A DNA stretch of 64,000 bases from Thermoanaerobaculia bacterium (GTDB taxonomy: Bacteria > Acidobacteriota > Thermoanaerobaculia > Gp7-AA8), in NCBI GenBank assembly GCA_017883235.1, contig JADGNY010000004.1:14161-78160 (forward strand). The letters are read 5' to 3'. The position numbers were made by a program, and so were the translations under genes. The notes beneath the pieces were generated by a model. That model searched no databases. It was not told the DNA's origin and saw nothing but the letters and a program-made list of their open reading frames with translations. Positions within the stretch are counted from its first letter, which is position 1. Every line of letters starts with the position of its first letter. This document shows positions 13,377 to 23,576 of the stretch, piece by piece.

Positions 13377-13432
13377 GTTGCAGGGTTGCTGGGTGGGACC
13401 AAGCAACCCTGCAACTTAGCAACCCTGCAACT
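13377..13432 (-). promoter_or_regulatory. Intercistronic hairpin/repeat element between the gvpF/L-like and gvpG-like genes.
   Basis: Perfect 14-17 bp inverted repeat GTTGCAGGGTTGCT(GG)...AGCAACCCTGCAAC, with a second copy of the right arm immediately after it and three tandem GGGTTACTG units upstream. A related motif lies at 15943..15976. Confidence 0.6.
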
Positions 13433-14225
13433 ATCTCTCCGCTCTCTCCAGCTTCAGCCGGATATTCACGAAGTTATACGGCGGCCACGGGCCGGTGTAT
13501 AGAAACGACAGCTTGTTCTCGTATTTTTTCGCGATGTCGGTGATCTGATCGTCGAATGTCTTCGTCTTCTCGCGATCGACGAGGAATGCCGCGTTCAGGA
13601 TCATCTTGTCGCCGATGGGTTTGTTCGATCGTGAGGCGATCGCTGCGTCGCGCAGCGCTTCATAGATCTCGCTGACGTACGCATCCGCTTTTGCTTGTAA
13701 TGCAGACTCGACTACGCGGCCAAGCTGCATGCGCGAGAAGTAGGTGGAGGTCGAAGTATTCGACTGAATCTCTTCCTTCAGCCGTCGGATCTCCTCGTTC
13801 TCATTCTCGATTTCGCGGACGACCTGGTCCTTGTCCCAGTTCACCTTCAGGCCGAACTCGATTTTTCCGTCCATCTTCTGCAGCACGTCGGAGAGCGCGT
13901 CATAGGTTCCCTTGAGAAACTCCTTGATGTCGTTCTCGGTGCGGAAGACCGTGCCGAAGCTCATCGGCAGCACGGTGAAGTCCTTCATCACCAGCTCGTT
14001 CACGTGCTCGTGGGCGAGGGCGTTTTCACGCGTCGGATCGAAGACGATCAACGGGCAGTTGGACACGACGGCCGCGAATTCCTTGTAAGGAACGGTGTAA
14101 ACCTTGTCGCCCCGTCCACCGATACCGACAGGCCCGAAGTCGCGCGGGATGTCCGTTTTGATGATGCAGTAAACGTACTTGCCCTGCTCCGTTTCAGGCT
14201 GCTTTGCCTGTGCTTGATCTTCCAT
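13431..14225 (-). CDS. GvpL/GvpF family gas-vesicle-associated protein.
   Basis: Motifs KYVYCII, TVLPMSFGTVF and the C-terminal LYTGPWPPYNFV signature. Start set at the internal Met (MEDQAQ...) to avoid overlapping the divergent mutY start; the track ORF extends to 14267. Confidence 0.8.
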   Translation of the reverse strand: MEDQAQAKQPETEQGKYVYCIIKTDIPRDFGPVGIGGRGDKVYTVPYKEFAAVVSNCPLIVFDPTRENALAHEHVNELVMKDFTVLPMSFGTVFRTENDIKEFLKGTYDALSDVLQKMDGKIEFGLKVNWDKDQVVREIENENEEIRRLKEEIQSNTSTSTYFSRMQLGRVVESALQAKADAYVSEIYEALRDAAIASRSNKPIGDKMILNAAFLVDREKTKTFDDQITDIAKKYENKLSFLYTGPWPPYNFVNIRLKLERAER

Positions 14226-14272
14226 GTTCGGGGGCCTCGCGAGGATGGAGCAAAGCATACAATACAAGCGAA

Positions 14273-15295
<1,023 letters not shown>

Positions 15296-15317
15296 TCGCT
15301 TGTTGTTCGCGGACAGC

Positions 15318-15884
15318 ATGAGACTTCCGATCGCCGTCGTACTGCTGGCCGCGGCCACCACTCTGCACGCCCAATCCCACAACTACACCATCACCAAAGG
15401 CGGCAACAACATCGCCTCGTTTCACGCCGAAGATACCTACGACTCGTTCGACGGAAAGACGAGCGATCTTTCCGGCACGATCGTAGCCGACCCGGCCAAC
15501 CCCGCCGCCGCGAGCGTGCAGGTAACCATCAACGTCGACGCCCTCGACACCGGAGTCGGACTGCGCAACAAAGAGATGCGCGAGCGCTATCTCGAGACCA
15601 ACAAATTCGGCACCGCCACGTTCAAGTCGGTCAGCGTTACCGGTCCGACGCCGATAGCCCCCAACCAGCCTGCCGACATCAACGTTACCGGTGACATGAC
15701 CCTTCACGGAGTGACGAAGCGGATGACCATCCCGGTCCACGTCGTCCTGAGTGCTGACGGCCGCATCCACGCCACGACGACATTCAAGATCCACATGCCC
15801 GACTTCGGCATCCGCGTCCCGCACAACATCCTGGTCACGGTGAACGACGAGGTTCCGGTGAAATTGGATGTGTGGGCGAAGTAG
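15318..15884 (+). CDS. YceI family periplasmic protein.
   Basis: Signal peptide MRLPIAVVLLAAATTLHAQ, then a YceI-like lipocalin fold (..FKSVSVTG...DMTLHGVTKRMTIPVHV...). The track ORF from 15102 overlaps mutY, so an internal ATG was chosen. Confidence 0.85.
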   Translation: MRLPIAVVLLAAATTLHAQSHNYTITKGGNNIASFHAEDTYDSFDGKTSDLSGTIVADPANPAAASVQVTINVDALDTGVGLRNKEMRERYLETNKFGTATFKSVSVTGPTPIAPNQPADINVTGDMTLHGVTKRMTIPVHVVLSADGRIHATTTFKIHMPDFGIRVPHNILVTVNDEVPVKLDVWAK

Positions 15885-15942
15885 GTTGCTGTGTTGCAAC
15901 GTTGCTTGGCTCGTTCTCGGTAAGCTCAGGCGACTGTTTCCC

Positions 15943-15976
15943 CAGCAACTCTGCAACCCAGTAACCCAGCAACTCG
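15943..15976 (+). promoter_or_regulatory. Conserved 5'-UTR motif shared with the gvp intercistronic element.
   Basis: CAGCAACTCTGCAACCCAGTAACCCAGCAACTCG ends about 15 nt before the ATG at 15991. The transcript-sense version upstream of gvpG is AGCAACCCTGCAACTCAGTAACCCAGTAACCC. Confidence 0.45.
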
Positions 15977-15990
15977 TTACAATCTCCCCC

Positions 15991-18723
15991 ATGCTCGGGC
16001 GTGTGGCGGTCGCGATCTCACTCTTTCTCCTCTTTCCTGCCGCCGCTTTCCCTCAATGCAATCTCACCCAGGTCGCCAGCATCCCCTTCCGTGCCTCCTA
16101 TCTCGACATCGCCCTTGACGGCAACGACCTCTGGGCGGCCACCTCGTATGGCCTCTCGCTTTACGACCGCAGCGTCGATCCTCCGGCGTTCGTGGCGTCG
16201 CTTCCGCTGCCGGGGAGCACGCGCGTCGTGCGAGCGACGAACGGGCTTGCCTATTCCGGCAGCGGGACGACGCTGTACGTCGTCAGAAAGAACGGGCGCG
16301 CGCTGCAGCTCGTGCGCGGCATCGACGCCGGCGCGACCATCAACGACCTTCTCCTGACGACGCTCGATCTCTACGTCGCCACCGCCAATGGACTGACGCA
16401 GTGGGACCTGCTCGATCCGACGACGCCATCGAAGACGCCGTCCGCGTTCACGACCAGCCGCGCCAACGTGCAGTCGCTCACGCTGAACGGTTCCACACTC
16501 TTTGCCGCGGACGGCGACTCATCGATCGAGGCGTTCAACATCAGCATCCCGTCGATTCCGAACGGTGTCGGTGTGATCGCATCGCTGCCGGGCTCGATCG
16601 CCGTCAATGCCGCCGGCGGCCGGCTCTACGTCTCCGACGGTCAGCAGACGGACATCTTCGTGAACATCGACGGCGGTGGCGGAACGGCGGTGAAAGCGGC
16701 CAGCGACTCTTTCGGCGCCGTGTCGATCGCACCGATCACTTCCACGGCGATCTTCGCCGCCGGTGCCGATCGCCAGGTCCGTGCCTTCGACCTCAGTTCG
16801 GCGGCCGCTCCGGTCGAGCTGTCGCGCGCGCAACTCCAACCGAGCGGCGGCAATGTGAATCGCATCGGCCGCATCGCCGCGGCGCCGAATCGTCTTTACG
16901 TCGCCGGCGGCGATCTCGGCCTTCTGACCTATGACACGACGGCGTTCCAACCATCGTTCCCTCTGCACAGCTACGCCACAGGAGCCGCCACTTCGGTCGT
17001 CTCCCTCGGCACCGCTGTCTATGTTTCCCGGGCCTCAGGCGGCATCACCGAATTCGGCCAATCGGCGAGCGGTACGCTTACGCAGCTTCGCTCGTGGGAC
17101 AACAGCATCGACATCGTCCGCGATGGAGGCAACGGCTTTCTCCTGACCACGTCCGGCGCGATTGCATCGTTGTGGGCGCTCAGCTCTGCCACTCCCACGC
17201 TCGTTTCGTCATTAACCCTGCGCGCACCGATCGCGTCAGCCGTCCTGGTCGGGACGACCGGCTACTTCATTCTGAGCGAAACCAGCGGCAACACGCTCTG
17301 GTCGGCCGATCTGGCGCCGGTCAAGCCGGCCGCACAGCAGATCGCTCTGACCGCGGCGAGTCCTTCGTTCGTGGCCCGGGCCGGTTCGGCGCTCGCACTC
17401 GCCGAGCTACGCGCCGACGGGACGACCTCGATTTCGTACTACGTATCGGGAGACTTCACGAAAACGCCCTTGACCGCGAGCGTGACCGGGCTGTCAACCG
17501 GCGGCGTTGCTCTTTCCGGCTCTCTTGCGGCTGTATCGACGTTCAGCGGCGTAAGCGTCGTCGATTTTGCCGGCGGCACGACCACTCTCCTCCCGCAGTC
17601 AAGCGGCGCCATCGCCCGCAGCCTTGCCTTCGCCGGAACGACGCTGGTCGAATCGACCGATTCATCTCTGCTGATCTGGAACACACAGACTCGGATCTTG
17701 ACGAAACAGTTCGCGCTCCCGGCCGCGCCGGTAGCCGTGCACGTCGGTTCCGACAACACCGTGGCCGACGTCGCCACGGAAGACGGCATCACGACCGCGC
17801 AGCTCGGCGGCACGACGCGGATGCCTTCCCTGCTCTACACCGCCAACGGGAACGCCTACTACAAGAAGCTCGTCGCCGGCAGTCAGCGGCTCTACTTCTT
17901 CGACGGCCGCAACGTCGACGTCTTCACGAACACGATGCAGTCGACCGGCTCGATCCGGACGCCGCTGATCATCGACATCGCGGCCAGCGACAGCGGCGCC
18001 TTCACCATCCATAACAACCTGAACGTAATGTCCTATGGCCGCGAGGGAAACACGCTGGCAACATCCGTGATCAGTGAAGGCTCGGATGCGCAGGCGCAAT
18101 CGATCGCCGCTGCCGGCGGCGCGGCGTGGGCGTCGATCTTCGTTCATTGCCAGAGCAGTGGTTGCGAGGGAAAGACGATCGTCTTCGATCCCAAGAGCGC
18201 CTTCGCCCAGACGTCGACCATGACCGGCGCGGTGCGCGACCTCGTGACCAACGGCACGCTCGCGTACGTCCTGACCGAGCTCCCCAACGAGGTGCGCGTG
18301 GTCGACATCAGCGATCCCGCCCACCCTGCGGTTCTCGTCACCCGTGCCAGCGAAGGCTCGCAAACGCCGCGCGCGATCGCCTTTGCCAACGGTACGGTCT
18401 ACGTTCTCGGCGAAAAGCTTTACAGCTATTCGTCCACTGATCTCTCAAAGACCGGAGAGCAGCTCGACTCGTACGTCACCGATCCGGCAAGCGGAGTGAC
18501 CTACATCGATCAGCATCTCCGCGGCGATGGCACCTGTGTCGCCCTCACCGGCCGCCAGTTTTCACCGCAGTTCCTCACGGGCACCCCGGCCATCGCTGCG
18601 CCGGCGGCCGGCCGTTTCGTTGCCACACAGCCGGGAACGTTCTATTTCCTGACCGACTACTCGCTCGAGATCTGGTCGACAAAACCATTGACGCTGCCGC
18701 CGCGGCACCACGCGACGCGGTAG
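15991..18723 (+). CDS. Large secreted beta-propeller repeat protein (LVIVD-like repeats).
   Basis: Signal peptide, then many about 45-aa units of the type LYVATANGLTQWDL / LYVSDGQQ / LYVAGGDLGLLTYD. The internal ATG carrying the signal peptide was chosen; the track ORF starts at 15868. Confidence 0.7.
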   Translation: MLGRVAVAISLFLLFPAAAFPQCNLTQVASIPFRASYLDIALDGNDLWAATSYGLSLYDRSVDPPAFVASLPLPGSTRVVRATNGLAYSGSGTTLYVVRKNGRALQLVRGIDAGATINDLLLTTLDLYVATANGLTQWDLLDPTTPSKTPSAFTTSRANVQSLTLNGSTLFAADGDSSIEAFNISIPSIPNGVGVIASLPGSIAVNAAGGRLYVSDGQQTDIFVNIDGGGGTAVKAASDSFGAVSIAPITSTAIFAAGADRQVRAFDLSSAAAPVELSRAQLQPSGGNVNRIGRIAAAPNRLYVAGGDLGLLTYDTTAFQPSFPLHSYATGAATSVVSLGTAVYVSRASGGITEFGQSASGTLTQLRSWDNSIDIVRDGGNGFLLTTSGAIASLWALSSATPTLVSSLTLRAPIASAVLVGTTGYFILSETSGNTLWSADLAPVKPAAQQIALTAASPSFVARAGSALALAELRADGTTSISYYVSGDFTKTPLTASVTGLSTGGVALSGSLAAVSTFSGVSVVDFAGGTTTLLPQSSGAIARSLAFAGTTLVESTDSSLLIWNTQTRILTKQFALPAAPVAVHVGSDNTVADVATEDGITTAQLGGTTRMPSLLYTANGNAYYKKLVAGSQRLYFFDGRNVDVFTNTMQSTGSIRTPLIIDIAASDSGAFTIHNNLNVMSYGREGNTLATSVISEGSDAQAQSIAAAGGAAWASIFVHCQSSGCEGKTIVFDPKSAFAQTSTMTGAVRDLVTNGTLAYVLTELPNEVRVVDISDPAHPAVLVTRASEGSQTPRAIAFANGTVYVLGEKLYSYSSTDLSKTGEQLDSYVTDPASGVTYIDQHLRGDGTCVALTGRQFSPQFLTGTPAIAAPAAGRFVATQPGTFYFLTDYSLEIWSTKPLTLPPRHHATR

Positions 18724-18733
18724 CATTCCCGCC

Positions 18734-19492
18734 ATGCCGAAGATCACCTTCTCCTCCGACGCGAACGCGTACCGGATCACGCTTTCCGATCCGCCGCTGA
18801 ACATTCTCGATGTAGCCATGCTCGACGAGCTGCGTGACGCCATCGCCCACGTCGCGCACGACCGGCACGCTCTGATCATTGACGCGCAGGGAGAGAAGGC
18901 GTTCTCCGCCGGCGCGAGCGTGCAGGATCACCTCGGCGATCGCGTGGCCACGATGCTCGGCCACTTCCACGACTGCTTCCGGATGCTGGCGAAACTCGAC
19001 GTCGTGACCATCGCCTTCGTACGCGGCGCGGCGCTCGGCGGCGGCTGCGAGCTGGCTCTCGGATGCGACTTCGTCCTGGCCTCGGATCGCGCGAAGTTCA
19101 GCCAGCCCGAAATCAACCTCGGCGTCTTTCCGCCGGTGGCCGCCTACCAACTCTCACGCCAGCTCGCTCCGCGAAAAGGCCTCGAGCTCCTACTGACCGG
19201 CGACGTCATCGACGCTGCCGCCGCGGAACGCCTTGGGCTCGTCAACGCCGTCTTTCCGTTCGCCGAATTCGATGCAAAAGCCGAGGAGTGGGTGGGGCGG
19301 CTGTATCGCCAGAGCGCATCGTCGCTGAGGCTTGCAAAACGCGCGTTTCGTCTCGCACAGAGCGCCGATTTCAACGAGCGGCTTGGAGACGTGGAGCGTC
19401 TCTACCTCGACGAACTGATGCAAACCAGCGACGCCAACGAGGGCCTGAACGCCTTCATCGAGAAGCGGAAACCGGTGTGGAGCGGGCGCTGA
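18734..19492 (+). CDS. Enoyl-CoA hydratase/isomerase (crotonase) family protein.
   Basis: FSAGASVQDH...AFVRGAALGGGCELALGCDFVLAS is the crotonase fold signature. Confidence 0.85.
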   Translation: MPKITFSSDANAYRITLSDPPLNILDVAMLDELRDAIAHVAHDRHALIIDAQGEKAFSAGASVQDHLGDRVATMLGHFHDCFRMLAKLDVVTIAFVRGAALGGGCELALGCDFVLASDRAKFSQPEINLGVFPPVAAYQLSRQLAPRKGLELLLTGDVIDAAAAERLGLVNAVFPFAEFDAKAEEWVGRLYRQSASSLRLAKRAFRLAQSADFNERLGDVERLYLDELMQTSDANEGLNAFIEKRKPVWSGR

Positions 19493-19528
19493 ACGACTGA
19501 CGCCTTTGCGATGAGGCGGCGGTAAGAA

Positions 19529-20860
19529 TCAGTTAACGCCCGCCATCCACCGCTTGATGATCGGGATCATGACGGCGAGGATCAGCGTGGCGATTGCGGC
19601 TGTGACGGCCGCGATCATGAACACCTCGGAATAGCTGCGTTGGCCGACCAGGCCCGCGACCCAACCGGCCACGTAATTGCCCATGGCCGTAGCAAAGAAC
19701 CAGACTCCCATCATCAAACCGACGACCCTGGGCGGCGACAGCTTCGTCACCATGCTGAGGCCCACGGGGCTCAGACAGAGCTCGCCTGCCATCTGAAGAA
19801 AATACAGACCCACGAGCCACATCGGGCTGACGCGCAAGCCATGCGACTGAAAGAAACGTGCGGCTGGAACCATCATCAGAAACGAGAAGCTGAGGAAAAA
19901 GAGACCGAGCGTGAACTTGGCGGGGCTCGATGGCTCGCGCCGGCGCGCTGCCATCGAGAACCAGACCCAGGCGAAGATGGGTGAGAAAATGATGACAAAC
20001 AATGGTTCCACCGATTGGAACCAGCTCGACGGGTACGTAAAGCCGAGAATCGTCAGGCGCGTTGCCCGGTCCGCGAACAGCGTGAGGCTCGAGCCGGCCT
20101 GTTCGAAACCGGCCCAGAAGATCAGAGCAAAAAGGGTCAGGATGGATGCAGCGGCGATTCGACCCCATTCCTCCCTCGTGAATGCTTTCTCCGGCAGAGC
20201 GGCGGTGGGCTCGGCCGTGCCCGTGACCCGCTTCTCCGGTCCTGAAACGGCGATGAGGTATTTGCGGCCGTAGACGTACTGAATCAGTCCAAAAACCATC
20301 CCGACGCCGGCGGCGGCAAACCCGATGTGCCAGTTGATCTTCTGGCCAAGCCAGCCGGTGACGAGCGGTGCGATGAAGGCACCGAGGTTGATTCCCATGT
20401 AGAACAAGGAGAAACCAGCATCGCGGCGTGGATCATCGCGTGTGTAGAGTGTTCCGACGATCGTGCTGACATTGGGCTTGAGCAAACCGGTTCCAAGAAT
20501 GATCAATCCGAGCCCGGTGTAGAAGAACGGGATTCCGGGAACCGCCATCGTGAAATGACCGCACGCGATGATGATCCCGCCGAGAAGGACCGCCCGGTAG
20601 TGGCCGAGGAACCGGTCGGCGATGAAGCCGCCCGGAATGCCCATCAGATAGACCGACATCGTGTAGAGGCCGTAGATCTGCGTCGCCTTCTTGTCCAGAA
20701 AGCCGAGACCCGGCTGCATGACGGAACCGGTCATGTACAGCACGAGCAGCGCACGCATACCGTAGTAGCTGAATCGTTCCCACATCTCGGTGAAGAAGAG
20801 CGTTGCCAGTCCCCGAGGATGGCCGAACCACTGCTTTTCCGCGACGGCGATGTTTGACAT
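19529..20860 (-). CDS. Proton-dependent oligopeptide transporter (POT/PTR2 family, MFS).
   Basis: ERFSYYGMRALLVLYM and FYMGINLGAFIAPLVTG POT signatures; 12-14 TM helices. Confidence 0.85.
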   Translation of the reverse strand: MSNIAVAEKQWFGHPRGLATLFFTEMWERFSYYGMRALLVLYMTGSVMQPGLGFLDKKATQIYGLYTMSVYLMGIPGGFIADRFLGHYRAVLLGGIIIACGHFTMAVPGIPFFYTGLGLIILGTGLLKPNVSTIVGTLYTRDDPRRDAGFSLFYMGINLGAFIAPLVTGWLGQKINWHIGFAAAGVGMVFGLIQYVYGRKYLIAVSGPEKRVTGTAEPTAALPEKAFTREEWGRIAAASILTLFALIFWAGFEQAGSSLTLFADRATRLTILGFTYPSSWFQSVEPLFVIIFSPIFAWVWFSMAARRREPSSPAKFTLGLFFLSFSFLMMVPAARFFQSHGLRVSPMWLVGLYFLQMAGELCLSPVGLSMVTKLSPPRVVGLMMGVWFFATAMGNYVAGWVAGLVGQRSYSEVFMIAAVTAAIATLILAVMIPIIKRWMAGVN

Positions 20861-20902
20861 GCGAGGCATTCTCAGGCAGCGATGATGCACAATGCAACGG
20901 CG

Positions 20903-21970
20903 ATGACGGAGTCGTTGCAGAGTGTTGCGCCCTCCGGGCTGCAGCGGAATGTCCCCCTCGCCCCCCTGACCACGCTCGGAATCGGCGGTTCCGCGAAGTT
21001 ATTCGCGCGCGCGGAGAGCGTCGACGAGATCCGCGAAGTCATCGCCTGGGCCGAGGCCCAGCGTGAGCCGCTCTTCATCCTCGGCGGCGGCAGCAACGTC
21101 CTGATCGCCGACGAGGGCTTCGATGGAGTCGTCCTGCAGATCGACCTGCGCGGAATGACCGTTCTCACCGAGGATCCCGACGCGGTGACCGTCTACGTCG
21201 CATCCGGCGAGCGGTGGGACGACGTCGTGGCCTTTGCCGTCGACCGCGGTTGGGCGGGTATCGAATGCCTTTCCGGCATCCCCGGGCTCACCGGCGCGAC
21301 GCCGATCCAGAACGTCGGCGCCTATGGACAGGAAGTTAGCGAAACGATCGTCGGCGTGGAGGCCGTCGAGCGCGACACCGGCCGCGTGGTGACGCTGACG
21401 AACCGGGAGTGCGGTTTTGGTTACCGCCAGAGTGTGTTCAAGAACGCGGCGAAGGACTGCTACGTCGTCGCCGGCGTCACGTTCCGCCTCAAGCCGCGCG
21501 GTTCCGCGGCGATCCGCTATCCCGAGCTGCAGAAGTATCTCGACGAGCACGAGATCAACGCGAACGATCTCCAGCAGGTGCGCGGCGCCGTCATCGCCAT
21601 CCGCAAACGCAAAGGAATGGTTCTCGATCCATCCGATCCCGATACGCGTAGCGATGGATCGTTCTTCATGAACCCGGTCGTGACGCCGGCGCGGTTCGAC
21701 CAGATTCGCCGGGACGCGGAGAACGTCCCCCACTTCCCATCCGGCGATCAGATCAAGCTCTCCGCCGCGTGGCTCATCGAGCAGGCCGGTTTCCACAAAG
21801 GCTTCGTGCACGGCAATGCCGGCCTCTCGACGAAGCACACCCTGGCTGTGATCAACCGCGGCGGCGGAACGGCGAGGGAAGTGCTTGAGCTGGTCCGGAT
21901 GATTCAGGATGGAGTGCGCGAGAGGTTCGGCGTCGAGATCCAGCCGGAGCCGAACTTCATCGGGTTCTGA
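20903..21970 (+). CDS. murB: UDP-N-acetylenolpyruvoylglucosamine reductase MurB.
   Basis: FAD-binding LGIGGSAKLFA...LFILGGGSNVLIAD and the C-terminal MurB domain. Confidence 0.9.
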   Translation: MTESLQSVAPSGLQRNVPLAPLTTLGIGGSAKLFARAESVDEIREVIAWAEAQREPLFILGGGSNVLIADEGFDGVVLQIDLRGMTVLTEDPDAVTVYVASGERWDDVVAFAVDRGWAGIECLSGIPGLTGATPIQNVGAYGQEVSETIVGVEAVERDTGRVVTLTNRECGFGYRQSVFKNAAKDCYVVAGVTFRLKPRGSAAIRYPELQKYLDEHEINANDLQQVRGAVIAIRKRKGMVLDPSDPDTRSDGSFFMNPVVTPARFDQIRRDAENVPHFPSGDQIKLSAAWLIEQAGFHKGFVHGNAGLSTKHTLAVINRGGGTAREVLELVRMIQDGVRERFGVEIQPEPNFIGF

Positions 21971-21980
21971 GGCCGATAGT

Positions 21981-22532
21981 TTAATCTGGCGTTGAGTCCC
22001 GCGCGGTCTCTTGTGCGGCTGCGAATTCCTTCTGAGCCTCGGCTAACACTCTCTCGGATTCGGCTAGTTCCTTTTCGAGACGAGCCTTCTCAGTTTCGAG
22101 GCGAGCTTTGTCGATCTCTACAAAGTTGACGGTCGGAAGTACAAATTGACCGTGTTTGGACGCGCCAGTTGCTTGGCCAGCGATTCCGCGAGCAATACCG
22201 AACAAGATCGCCGGGCCGTTGATGTAGATCATCTTTCGCGATACTTCATCATTGGTACCCTCGGCGAACGTGAAGTAGCCGAGAATCTTCATGTCGACGG
22301 TGTACGGAGCGTTCTCTTCCGCGGTGTAACCGCTCGTCGCAAGTTGTATGCGCATGGTGATGCGATAGTCTCGCGTTAGGACTTCGTCCTGCTGGACGGC
22401 GAAGTCCACGTCGATCGCGCCAGACGTCTTGCGGCTAGCGTCGTACTCGGGAAGAGCGCGAAAAACTAGCTCCTCCACGTGGTACCGCTGGATATCAAGC
22501 GGCGGCGGCTGCGATGTCGTTGTTGTCGTCAT
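21981..22532 (-). CDS. SecB-like chaperone of a toxin-antitoxin-chaperone (TAC) module.
   Basis: LDIQRYHVEELVFR aligns with SecB FQIQRIYTKDISFE, and NGPAILFGIARGIAGQATGASKHGQFVLPTVNF with SecB [32 protein letters not shown]. Local GC is lower than the flanks. Confidence 0.7.
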   Translation of the reverse strand: MTTTTTSQPPPLDIQRYHVEELVFRALPEYDASRKTSGAIDVDFAVQQDEVLTRDYRITMRIQLATSGYTAEENAPYTVDMKILGYFTFAEGTNDEVSRKMIYINGPAILFGIARGIAGQATGASKHGQFVLPTVNFVEIDKARLETEKARLEKELAESERVLAEAQKEFAAAQETARDSTPD

Positions 22533-22914
22533 TTTGGGTTACGTTGCTCATCTGAGGGGCGGGCACGGAACGTGGAGTGAAAGGACGCTCCGACTTCGGG
22601 AAACGTTCGAAGAGAACCACTTGGCCAGTCGCCACCTCTTTCTCGTTCGGAAGGAGTAGCGGCGGTTCGATGCGGCATTCAAGAGCACGAGCGAGCTTCA
22701 CGAGTGTCTCTAGCGTGAAGTTGTTTTTGCCCTTGAGTAGCTTGGAGACGTACGCTTCGCTGAAACCCATGCGCTCGGCGAGAACCTTGCCGGACATGTC
22801 ACCCAACTGTTCCATTCGCAGCAGAACCGACTCCGTAAAGGCCAGCGAGAGTTCCTCGGTTTGGTACTCCAGCGTCTCCTTCATCGATTCGTAGATTTCC
22901 GCGAATGTCTTCAT
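22495..22914 (-). CDS. HigA-like XRE-family HTH antitoxin with a C-terminal chaperone-addiction extension.
   Basis: HTH (LAERMGFSEAYVSKLLKGKNNFTLETLVKLARAL) followed by an extra tail of about 45 aa absent from 2-gene HigA. The gene overlaps both neighbours. Confidence 0.75.
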   Translation of the reverse strand: MKTFAEIYESMKETLEYQTEELSLAFTESVLLRMEQLGDMSGKVLAERMGFSEAYVSKLLKGKNNFTLETLVKLARALECRIEPPLLLPNEKEVATGQVVLFERFPKSERPFTPRSVPAPQMSNVTQNDDNNDIAAAAA

Positions 22915-23333
22915 TTCAGCTTTCCTTCCTTAAGTTGTAGGTACTCGATTCGAAGTTGTTCGGCGCGGGCAATGTCGTTGTTGAACTTGCTCTCCTTCAC
23001 CTTGTCTGACGCATGGACGAAGATGAATCTCTTCGGGCCATCTTGAAAGTATAGAAACCGGGCTCCTCCGTCCGTCGTGAGCTGCCAAAGGTGATTCGAT
23101 TGCATGACTTTGTGGCAGCGTTTTTTTGACACCTCCCATGCCTTTTTTGCCGCCCGCATCTTGATGATGCCCGTGACTTGCGGATTGTTTGCTGCCTCGA
23201 TATATGCAAGCACTCCGGCAGGCTTATATCCGTAAAGAGCGTATTCCTGCCCTTGTTCGAGCAGATCCAGATGCGCTTGTCGGAACTCTTCAAATGTCAA
23301 GGGTGGAGTCAACCTATAAGTTAATCTCCCCAT
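22911..23333 (-). CDS. HigB/Gp49-like (RelE/ParE superfamily) toxin.
   Basis: C-terminal HLWQLTTDGGARFLYFQDGPKRFIFVHASDKVKE matches the RelE/Gp49 motif WELR..g..RifY...v.llhgf.KK. It is the first gene of the 3-gene operon. Confidence 0.6.
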   Translation of the reverse strand: MGRLTYRLTPPLTFEEFRQAHLDLLEQGQEYALYGYKPAGVLAYIEAANNPQVTGIIKMRAAKKAWEVSKKRCHKVMQSNHLWQLTTDGGARFLYFQDGPKRFIFVHASDKVKESKFNNDIARAEQLRIEYLQLKEGKLK

Positions 23334-23423
23334 TCCGTATACGCAAGCCCCGAGCCCAAGGTTTCTTTAGGGGAGAACCAAGAATCTTGCGCGCCTTGCG
23401 CATGTACGTCGAGGATATGGACG

Positions 23424-23444
23424 ATAACTAACGTGTTTAGTTAT
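23424..23444. promoter_or_regulatory. Palindromic operator candidate upstream of the TAC operon.
   Basis: ATAACTAA-cgtgt-TTAGTTAT (8-bp arms) lies about 90 bp upstream of the toxin start, in the AT-rich divergent promoter region shared with the YVTN gene. Confidence 0.5.
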
Positions 23445-23576
23445 AGTTACTTGCCGCTTCTCGATCTCTTCCAGCAGTTCCCGCAAGCGAGATCCGCTTG
23501 AGGCGGAGCTTGTTCAGCGCGATCGCTTTCGAGCAGCTCTCGCGAAAGACATCTGGCACTGGCATACTCACGCGTC

